Source of the DNA: a virus
Taxonomy: Duplodnaviria; Caudoviricetes
Reading direction: 5' to 3' (one strand)
DNA length: 37,287 nt
IMG/VR virus record: IMGVR_UViG_3300037313_000669
Span: 1-37,287 of that record
Made by a program: the position numbers and the translations under genes. Below, in pieces: positions 1 through 6,356 of the stretch; the first letter of the stretch is position 1, and every line of letters begins with the position of its first letter. The notes beneath the pieces were generated by a model. The model was given only the letters and a program-made list of their open reading frames with translations, searched no databases and was not told the DNA's origin.

Positions 1-102
1 GCGCTCAAGAAAGGCCGGCTCGCCATGAAGGGCGCCAACAAAGAGCACTGGGATGCGTTTCGCACCGCCCTTGCCGCATTCGACGAAATGGAGGGAAAGT
101 AG
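1..102 (+). CDS. partial hypothetical phage early protein (3' end)
   Basis: Open frame ALKKGRLAMKGANKEHWDAFRTALAAFDEMEGK ending in TAG at 100-102, directly abutting the ATG at 103. Confidence 0.6.
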   Translation, partial: ALKKGRLAMKGANKEHWDAFRTALAAFDEMEGK

Positions 103-519
103 ATGACGATCACCGCAAAGGAACTCGCTGCGCTGCTCACCGGCCGCGAGTACGGCAATGAAATCACGAGCGCTGAAGAGGGCCAAGCGAAGGCGGACGG
201 CCTCGTCGTGGTGTACGGTTACAGCGACGACAACATGGAGTTCGCTGGCGCCATACACGATGAGGTGGGCTGCTATGACGGCGGCACAGCCTACCTGACG
301 CGCGACGGCCTGCTGCAGAACGAATGCGAGAACGACGACTGCCCGAGCTTCGCGCGACTCAAGGCGTGCGCCGCGACCATTGAGGCGCTGTGGTGCGAAG
401 AGCCCGTTTATTCGTGGACGTACCGCACCACGATCCCGCACGAGACGTTTGAAATCGTTGAGGACGGAGCGCCCTTCTGCCGTGGCATCGTCTTTTCTCT
501 GGCAGAGGTGCCGGCATGA
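103..519 (+). CDS. hypothetical phage protein
   Basis: 138 aa ORF, GGAGG RBS upstream, ATGA overlap with next gene. Confidence 0.8.
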   Translation: MTITAKELAALLTGREYGNEITSAEEGQAKADGLVVVYGYSDDNMEFAGAIHDEVGCYDGGTAYLTRDGLLQNECENDDCPSFARLKACAATIEALWCEEPVYSWTYRTTIPHETFEIVEDGAPFCRGIVFSLAEVPA

Positions 520-839
520 CCACATCCCCCGACAAGCTGCTGTCCCTCGCGCGTGAAAGCGGAGGCGCGGTTCACGACATGGGCCGTGGCCTGTACGCCG
601 TCACGTTCGGAGAAGTGTCGCTGCCGGAATTTGTCGAGCGCATCCGCCTGGACGTGATCGAGAAGTGCGCCAAGGCCTGCGATTCGCGAGCCGAACTGAA
701 TGCGGAGGCGCGCCGCAAACTCGACGGAAGCGAACTCGTCGCCCTCGCCATCGTGGACGGTCGAGTTGCCGAAGCTGGACGCTGCGCCGCTGCCATCCGC
801 TCTATCAGCACCACCGAAAGTAAAGGAGGCGGGGCGTGA
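516..839 (+). CDS. hypothetical phage protein
   Basis: 107 aa ORF translationally coupled on both sides (ATGA, GTGA). Confidence 0.7.
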   Translation: MTTSPDKLLSLARESGGAVHDMGRGLYAVTFGEVSLPEFVERIRLDVIEKCAKACDSRAELNAEARRKLDGSELVALAIVDGRVAEAGRCAAAIRSISTTESKGGGA

Positions 840-1255
840 GGCTAACCAAAGCTCAGCGCAAGTACGTCTTCGGCAAGTTCGGAGGTCGATGTGCGTACTG
901 CGGCGCAGAACTCGGCGACCGCTGGCACGCCGACCACATCGAACCGGTGGAGCGAAAGCTGGAATTCGTTCGGGATGGTTCCAGCGCACGGCTTCGCACA
1001 ACAGGCGAGGTGCATCGCCCAGAGCGCGATTGCATCGACAACATAAACCCCGCCTGCGCGCCGTGCAACATCGACAAGCACGCTATGCCGCTGGAAGCGT
1101 GGCGCAAGAAGCTGCAGCAGGCGCCGGACGTTTTGAAGCGCAATCAACCGACTTATCGGCACGCGTTGCGCTTCGGTCTCGTGGCTGAAACGCAAGCATC
1201 GATCACCTTCTACTTTGAGCGCATCGCCGCTGAAATCGCAAAGGCCAATCCATGA
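836..1255 (+). CDS. HNH endonuclease
   Basis: GRCAYCG...WHADHIEP...NINPACAPCNIDK HNH/Zn motifs. Confidence 0.9.
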   Translation: MRLTKAQRKYVFGKFGGRCAYCGAELGDRWHADHIEPVERKLEFVRDGSSARLRTTGEVHRPERDCIDNINPACAPCNIDKHAMPLEAWRKKLQQAPDVLKRNQPTYRHALRFGLVAETQASITFYFERIAAEIAKANP

Positions 1256-1590
1256 CACCCACTGATGCACAGCGAGAGGGGATTACACCATGCCCATTCT
1301 GCGGAGGGCACGCCTCTGTCGATGAGGACACGCCGCTGATGGTGACGGTGGAATGCGATGACTGTATGGTGACCACTTGGACTTATGGCGATGCACACGA
1401 AGCCATCGCCGCATGGAACCGTCGCGCATCCCCCGACGAACACCTGCTGCGACAGGCGGCAGAGGCGCTGGAGGATGTCGTCGGCTGGGTGCCGGGAAGC
1501 AACTGGCACGCCGATGCACCGCTGGAATCTGTGAAGCGTGCTCGCAAGATCGCCGCCGCGCTGCGTCAGCGCATGGGAGGCACAAAGTGA
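1252..1590 (+). CDS. Lar-family restriction alleviation-like zinc-ribbon protein
   Basis: PCPFCGG...VECDDC...AIAAWNRRA signature. Confidence 0.8.
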   Translation: MTPTDAQREGITPCPFCGGHASVDEDTPLMVTVECDDCMVTTWTYGDAHEAIAAWNRRASPDEHLLRQAAEALEDVVGWVPGSNWHADAPLESVKRARKIAAALRQRMGGTK

Positions 1591-1889
1591 GCGAAGTGAT
1601 GGAGCTTGAAGGCGGGCGCATCGCCGTGGACTGCTTCCGCTGCAAAGGCTGCGGCGAGGCGGACGCCAGCGGCTTTGCCTGCCCGTCCTGCGGCGGGAAG
1701 GGCTATTTCGTCCACAAGAAGCCGACCCGCGACTACGAGGCGGAAGGCGCGCGGGCCTATGCGGCAGGCAAGAGAATTGGCGCGAATCCGTATCGCTACG
1801 GCTGGCCGATGCACGGTTGGACGCTGGGCTGGATCAACGCGCGGGATCTCTCGCGCACTCCCCCGCAGGACTCCGGGAGCAGCAAATGA
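1587..1889 (+). CDS. zinc-finger protein with C-terminal Rmf/CrpP-like domain
   Basis: GTG start overlapping upstream TGA; CFRCKGCG and CPSCGGKG repeats; YEAEGARAYAAG...NPY...WTLGW motif. Confidence 0.65.
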   Translation: MSEVMELEGGRIAVDCFRCKGCGEADASGFACPSCGGKGYFVHKKPTRDYEAEGARAYAAGKRIGANPYRYGWPMHGWTLGWINARDLSRTPPQDSGSSK

Positions 1890-2266
1890 GCGAAGCACCG
1901 AAGCGAATCCAACTCAGTCGGGCGAAGGGCTGGCGCATGCCGGAAAACACCGTCAGCGTCGCGCGTCCCGGCTTCTGGGGAAACCCGTTCTATGTGTCGA
2001 AGTGGCGTGACGCAGCAACCTGTGTAGCCCTGTTCCGAAACGCCATGCGCGGTGTCTGGAATCCTGCTACCAGCGCGCATTGCCCAACGGTCTGGAATGG
2101 CTATGGCGAGCATCAAGGCTGGTTGTTCAAGTTGGGCAACCACCCGATGGACATGGTGGGTCAGCTGCGCGGAAAGAACCTGGCCTGCTGGTGCAAGCTG
2201 GGCGAGCCGTGCCACGCGGACGTGCTGCTCGAACTTGCGAATGCGGACTCCGTGAGCAAGGAATAG
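1886..2266 (+). CDS. DUF4326-like phage protein
   Basis: PKRIQLSRAKGWRMP...RPGFWGNPF...LRGKNLACWC...PCHADVLLELAN; ATGA-coupled start at 1886. Confidence 0.85.
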   Translation: MSEAPKRIQLSRAKGWRMPENTVSVARPGFWGNPFYVSKWRDAATCVALFRNAMRGVWNPATSAHCPTVWNGYGEHQGWLFKLGNHPMDMVGQLRGKNLACWCKLGEPCHADVLLELANADSVSKE

Positions 2267-2272
2267 GCAGGA

Positions 2273-2503
2273 ATGAGCAGTAACGGGAACGACGCGCCGC
2301 TGTTTCTGGACGATGCCGAACTGGTCGCCCTGACCGGCCGGAAGCTCAAGAGCAAGCAGGTCGAATGGCTGCGGCACAATGGCATCGCCTTCAGGGTCAA
2401 CGCCACTGGGCATCCTGTCGTCACGCGCTCCGCAGTGGAAAGCCGCGAGACTACGACGCCTGCACCCATTCGCGGCTGGACACCGAGGGTGATCGGAGCA
2501 TGA
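2273..2503 (+). CDS. xis: excisionase-like DUF4224-type protein
   Basis: FLDDAELVALTGRK...QVEWLRHNGIAF; lies directly upstream of, and overlaps, the integrase start. Confidence 0.8.
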   Translation: MSSNGNDAPLFLDDAELVALTGRKLKSKQVEWLRHNGIAFRVNATGHPVVTRSAVESRETTTPAPIRGWTPRVIGA

Positions 2504-3669
2504 GCATGGGTCGCAAGCCGACTCGCTGGCTGAACCTGCCGAAGGGCATGCGTGCGCGCCCGCGAGGCAACAAGGTCTTCTACTACCTGGACACGGGCGC
2601 CAAGCCGCGCAAGGAGATCCCGCTTGGCAGCGACTACGGTGTTGCCGTCCAGAAGTGGGCTGACCTCACCAGCAAGCCCGCGCCAGCACCGGACGCGCCG
2701 AACACGTTCCTCGATGCCGTCGACGGCCGCGGCATGGTGAAGGGATACCGCAAGGACGTCATCCCGAAGAAGGCGCCACGCACGCAGCAGGACAACGAGA
2801 CCGAGCTCGAGTGGCTGCTGAAGTTCTTCGGAGATCCGCCGGCACCGCTGGAAAGCATAGAACCGGTGCACATCCAGCAGTACATGGACTGGCGCGTGCA
2901 AGCCGCGCGCGATCTAGCGGATAAGAAGAACGCCGAACGACGCCGCGATGGGCGCCCCGAGCAGCCGATCGATCCCGACATCGGCCAGGTGCGCGCGAAC
3001 CGCGAGAAGGCCCTGTTCTCGCACATCTGGAACTACGCCAGGCGCAAGGGCCTGACCAAGGATTCGAACCCCTGCGCGGGCATCAAAGGCTTCAGCGAGG
3101 ATGGCCGCGACGTCGTGCCAGATGCTGAGCTCGTCGCGCGCGTGCAGAAGGAAGCTGACACGCCGCTACAGTTCGCGATGCGCCTTGCGGACATCGTGGG
3201 CCAGCGCCCGGCCGATGTGCTGCGCGTGAGCGAGACCGACATCGATGGCCAGATCCCCGGGGGCGTGCTGAAGGTGCGCCAGGGCAAGACCCAGACGAAG
3301 CTGCGCATAGTGATTGAGGGGGCGCTGGCCGATCTGCTGCTCGAGATCCGCGAATACAAGCGCGCCATCGCAAAAGAGCGCGCCGAGGCCGACAGGCCAG
3401 CCGTGCACACGCTGAAACTGCTGGTGCGCGAGGACGGCCAGCCGCTGACTGGCGGGATGCTGCGCTCGCGCTTCGATGACGCACGCGAGCGCGCCGGCGT
3501 GCAGAAGGACCTCTTCCAGTTCCGGGACTACCGCGCCAAGGTCGCGACCGAGGTGGATGAGGCGGAAGGCACCCGAGCTGCCCAAGCACTACTGGGCCAC
3601 ACGACCGAGTCCATGACGGTCACGTACATCCGCCACAAGGTTGGCCGGAAGGTGCGCTCAAGGAAATGA
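2500..3669 (+). CDS. int: tyrosine recombinase / phage integrase
   Basis: GQRPADV (R), VRQGKT (K), FRDYRAK, LLGH, MTVTY (Y); N-terminal arm-binding-like YYYLD segment; ATGA-coupled start. Confidence 0.95.
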   Translation: MSMGRKPTRWLNLPKGMRARPRGNKVFYYLDTGAKPRKEIPLGSDYGVAVQKWADLTSKPAPAPDAPNTFLDAVDGRGMVKGYRKDVIPKKAPRTQQDNETELEWLLKFFGDPPAPLESIEPVHIQQYMDWRVQAARDLADKKNAERRRDGRPEQPIDPDIGQVRANREKALFSHIWNYARRKGLTKDSNPCAGIKGFSEDGRDVVPDAELVARVQKEADTPLQFAMRLADIVGQRPADVLRVSETDIDGQIPGGVLKVRQGKTQTKLRIVIEGALADLLLEIREYKRAIAKERAEADRPAVHTLKLLVREDGQPLTGGMLRSRFDDARERAGVQKDLFQFRDYRAKVATEVDEAEGTRAAQALLGHTTESMTVTYIRHKVGRKVRSRK

Positions 3670-3672
3670 ATT

Positions 3673-3693
3673 GCGGAACAACCCGCTTTTTTT
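3673..3693 (+). terminator. possible weak intrinsic terminator after int
   Basis: GCGG-AACAAC-CCGC followed by T7; overlaps the first arm repeat. Confidence 0.4.
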
Positions 3694-3739
3694 GCGGAAG
3701 TCCGCTGCGAAATTGATAGCGCCAAAGCCGCTCCGTTAT

Positions 3740-3787
3740 TGGTAGGACGTGCAGGATTCGAACCTGCGACCAACGGATTAAAAGTCC
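3740..3787 (-). mobile_element. att core: 3' 48 nt of tRNA-Lys(UUU)
   Basis: Minus strand GGACTTTTAATCCGTTGGTCGCAGGTTCGAATCCTGCACGTCCTACCA gives anticodon loop TTT, T-arm and CCA; the 5' half of the tRNA is absent. Confidence 0.92.
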
Positions 3788-3804
3788 ATCGCAAACTCAA
3801 GGCA

Positions 3805-3817
3805 AATCAATGACTTA
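3805..3817 (+). promoter_or_regulatory. IHF binding site
   Basis: AATCAATGACTTA matches consensus WATCAANNNNTTR exactly, between the core and the right arm repeats. Confidence 0.7.
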
Positions 3818-3903
3818 CGTCTAAAATTGTTCCGCAAACACAGAGAAATCGCCCCTCGGAGAGCTAGTATTGGCGCGGGCCTGCGAAAATTTGCGGAACA
3901 TCT

Positions 3904-4110
3904 ATGAGCCACCCCAAGCCGCGCGAAATCACGCTCTCCGACCTCACAGAATTGCTCGAGAAGGCCGAGCGCGGTGAGCTCAAGAACATCGCGGTCAGGT
4001 TCGTCGACGACAAGGGCCAACTACACGAGCACACCGCCGGGTTCGATAGCGAGGCCGAAGCAGAGGCGGCGCTCACCGCACTACGCGAGGCCCAGGGCGA
4101 CCTGCACTGA
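3904..4110 (+). CDS. small hypothetical protein
   Basis: 68 aa ORF with protein-like composition, first gene of the post-att moron. Confidence 0.65.
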   Translation: MSHPKPREITLSDLTELLEKAERGELKNIAVRFVDDKGQLHEHTAGFDSEAEAEAALTALREAQGDLH

Positions 4111-4113
4111 GCC

Positions 4114-4368
4114 ATGAGAGAGCCGCTGGACATCCCCGTCCTCCCCAAGCCCGGCCCCACCCAGACCATCGAGGAATACGGCCGAGAGTGCGCCGCGGTG
4201 GGCCTTTTCAACGAACGCGCCGCAGTGCTCCGGGAACTGGATCTTCTTGCTCGTGAGTTCGATGCGGCCGGCAAGCCGAATACAGCGCGAAAGGTGCGGC
4301 AGACGGCCGAGAAGATCAACGCGCGGCTGCGCGAATCGTCACCCCCTGCGCCTTTCGCCGGCTCGTGA
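4114..4368 (+). CDS. hypothetical protein
   Basis: 84 aa ORF, GTGA-coupled to the ligase gene. Confidence 0.6.
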   Translation: MREPLDIPVLPKPGPTQTIEEYGRECAAVGLFNERAAVLRELDLLAREFDAAGKPNTARKVRQTAEKINARLRESSPPAPFAGS

Positions 4369-5033
4369 GCACGGTCGACAATTTCCGGCCCATGCAGGCG
4401 GCTGAGTCGCCCGTCAAGGCCTTCACCGATCCAGACTGGATATTCGAGATTAAATTCGACGGTTACCGGACCCTGGCCGGGATAGAGGTGGATGATCAGT
4501 TTTCGGACCTAGGACCTAGGTCGAAAAACTCATCATGCGTCCAGCTGCGCACGCGGACGGGCAAGGACTGCACGCGCTGGTATCCAGAGGTGGTCGACCA
4601 GCTCGCCACCCTGCCCGGTGGCCCGCACATTCTGGACGGCGAGGCGTGCGTTCTGGACGACATCGGCCGGGCCGACTTCAACCGTCTGCAGGACCGCGCG
4701 CGCCGGCGCTGCTGGTACAAGGACTGCGATCCGGTAACGCTGTGCCTGTTCGACATCCTCGTGCACGACGGGCGCGAAGTAACTGGCCTGCCTCTGGTCG
4801 AGCGCAAAGCGTTGCTGCAAAAGCTGCTGGCGCGCGCGCCGAAGCGATCACTGCTGTACGTGGGCGACTTTCCCGCCGATGCTGGCCTGTTCTCGCAGGT
4901 CGTGCTCGCGCTGAAGCTCGAGGGGTTCGTGGCGAAGCGCAAGGACAGCATCTACGTGCCGGGGGAGCGCACCTTCGCATGGCGGAAGGTGAAGAGGACC
5001 GGCTGGCAGAAAGGGCGGCGCTGGAAAGGGTGA
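4365..5033 (+). CDS. ATP-dependent DNA ligase (LigD/LigC-like), adenylation domain only
   Basis: Motifs I EIKFDGYR, III LDGE, IIIa FDIL, IV EGFVAK, V WRKVK; ends about 12 aa later with no OB fold. Confidence 0.88.
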   Translation: MSTVDNFRPMQAAESPVKAFTDPDWIFEIKFDGYRTLAGIEVDDQFSDLGPRSKNSSCVQLRTRTGKDCTRWYPEVVDQLATLPGGPHILDGEACVLDDIGRADFNRLQDRARRRCWYKDCDPVTLCLFDILVHDGREVTGLPLVERKALLQKLLARAPKRSLLYVGDFPADAGLFSQVVLALKLEGFVAKRKDSIYVPGERTFAWRKVKRTGWQKGRRWKG

Positions 5034-5283
5034 TGCGGGCCGGGCGCTACTCCGGCTGTGTGGGCGATAGGCGTGTGCCGACGCCTCGTTTTACCCTTCT
5101 GGCTGCTCTGTGGTCGGCCCTTCCAAACTAGTCCGTATCCGCTGGTCGGCGGGTAACACGCTTTCGCGCCTCCATAGAGGGCGGGCCATCACGCTCTTTC
5201 GGCAGCCGTCATCGTTACGCAGTCTCACCGAACGAAGTCTCGCTCCACTGATTAGCGTGTCTGCTCTCCACGCCGCCGCATCA
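5031..5283 (-). ncRNA. candidate structured ncRNA with tRNA-like four-way scaffold and large insert
   Basis: Terminal 8-bp stem TGATGCGG/CCGCATCA, D-like and T-like 5-bp hairpins, closing helix GTGG(A)GCGA/TCGCCCAC, internal GAAA hairpin and crossing helices; no credible ORF; strand inferred. Confidence 0.6.
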
Positions 5284-5310
5284 GGCGATATTGTCGTTCG
5301 GCAGCACCAA

Positions 5311-5348
5311 AGAGAAAAGCCCCTCCAGCCCGCGAAGGCCAGAGGGGC
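5311..5348 (-). terminator. intrinsic terminator at the end of the late operon
   Basis: GCCCCTCTGGCC-TTCG-CGGGCTGGAGGGGC-TTTTCTCT on the minus strand. Confidence 0.8.
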
Positions 5349-5392
5349 GCGAAAGCGGCGGATTAGCCGCTGGAGACAACTGCAATCAGGTT

Positions 5393-5692
5393 TCAGCGGG
5401 CTCGGCGCGCTCGCTCGTCGATGCACCACTGCACCGTCTCGAAATATCCTGCGCCGTCGACGCAGTTATCTCGCTTCGGCGCGTTCACCTGCCGCGAGAG
5501 CTTCACGCAGACCATGAACATGCCGACCTCTTCTGCGGTCAGGGGCTCTTTGAGCTTGTGGGCGAGCATGGCGCTGACCATGCCTGCCGTGCGCGAGAAG
5601 TCGTCGAGCGGATTTCCGTACGCCGCGTTGCGATCCCCATGGACCAAGCCTTCGGCCTCAACGAGCACACTGATGCGATCGGATGTAGTCAC
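5393..5692 (-). CDS. DUF6378-like phage protein
   Basis: EAEGLVHGDRNAAYGNP...F...KLSR...DNCVDGAGY pattern. Confidence 0.8.
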   Translation of the reverse strand: MTTSDRISVLVEAEGLVHGDRNAAYGNPLDDFSRTAGMVSAMLAHKLKEPLTAEEVGMFMVCVKLSRQVNAPKRDNCVDGAGYFETVQWCIDERARRAR

Positions 5693-6113
5693 GAACTTTC
5701 TCCGCCAATGATGCGTCGTCGCGGAGAAACCCGACGGCGCGGTTGCAGTGATTGCACAAGAGCGACCGAATCGCCCCTGTCGTGTGGTCGTGGTCGACGT
5801 GGAGCACGCGATGGTGTGGCGGCCAGTCTTCTACGGTAGAAGGGTCAAGGCCGCAGATCGCGCACTTCCCGCGCTGCGCTGCGGCCATTTCGTTGTACTG
5901 CTCCAGCGTGATGCCGTAGCGCTTCTTGAGGGCGTAGCGCTTGTCCTTGTCGACCCAGTATTCCTTCTTGCGAGTGCGCCGATATTCGACTTGCCTCCTC
6001 GCCAAGCAGGGGTAACACTGCTTCGTCTTGCGCTCTGGGAATTTCGTTGGGTCAGTGCATCCGCAGTCTATGCAGACGCGCGGGGACGGAGTGCTATGCT
6101 CTGTGACAGCCAT
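5658..6113 (-). CDS. endonuclease VII-family (probable free-standing homing) endonuclease
   Basis: YGITLEQY...Q.GKCAIC...VDHDHTTGAIRSLLCNHCN; N-terminal CxxC..C zinc ribbon. Confidence 0.9.
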   Translation of the reverse strand: MAVTEHSTPSPRVCIDCGCTDPTKFPERKTKQCYPCLARRQVEYRRTRKKEYWVDKDKRYALKKRYGITLEQYNEMAAAQRGKCAICGLDPSTVEDWPPHHRVLHVDHDHTTGAIRSLLCNHCNRAVGFLRDDASLAEKVRDYIRSHQCAR

Positions 6114-6143
6114 CGTTGCCTCTCGAACAGGTGATGGTGGTTA

Positions 6144-6190
6144 GGGGCGCATCCGGGTGTTCCACCACTCGGTGCGCTCCGCCTATTCTA
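6144..6190 (-). promoter_or_regulatory. putative -10 box and leader hairpin of the endonuclease gene
   Basis: TAGAAT (6190-6185) followed by inverted repeat GGAGCGCACCGAGTG-GTGGAA-CACCCGGATGCGCCCC. Confidence 0.5.
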
Positions 6191-6292
6191 TGTAGGCCGC
6201 CCATCTCGGACAGCAGATTTACACGTTTGGTCCGCGTCGCCGTGCACGAGGCCCTGCGCTTCGGTGAGGACGCTGATTCGTTCGGTCGTCAT
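6188..6292 (-). pseudogene. truncated original 5' end of the DUF6378-like gene
   Basis: Translates MTTERISVLTEAQGLVHGD(ADQTCKSAVRDGRPT*) with AAGGA RBS; matches N-terminus MTTSDRISVLVEAEGLVHGD of 5393-5692. Confidence 0.85.
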
Positions 6293-6356
6293 GGGTTTCC
6301 TTCTGGAAATCGTTTCTCATGCTGATCAATGTCAACAATGAGAAACACTTGCTCGC

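Larger units (their letters stand above)
3671..3900. repeat. integrase arm-type repeats TTGCGGAACA
   Basis: Direct copies at 3671-3680 and 3891-3900, variant TTGCGGAAG at 3692-3700, inverted copy at 3828-3837. Confidence 0.8.

Noticed and set aside
2365-2499. Longer integrase N-terminus from the ORF track
   Set aside because: Overlaps xis; the ATG at 2500 (or 2506) has an RBS and ATGA coupling
3520-3545. Integrase inactivated because HxxR reads RDYR
   Set aside because: An F-R-D-x-R-A-K variant is common in this integrase group, and the other catalytic residues and att site are intact
3740-3815. Intact tRNA-Lys gene
   Set aside because: Similarity stops in the anticodon stem at 3787; no D-arm or 5' acceptor strand, so it is an att core
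5031-5283. Canonical tRNA with group I intron, or tmRNA
   Set aside because: No TTCRA T-loop, no CCA, no recognisable group I P7 elements in the right order, no tmRNA 5' GGGG/G-U acceptor or tag peptide; kept only as an unknown structured RNA
5091-5839. ORFs 5091-5429, 5110-5517 and 5291-5839
   Set aside because: Arg/Ser-rich and motifless, crossing the terminator and real genes; shadow ORFs
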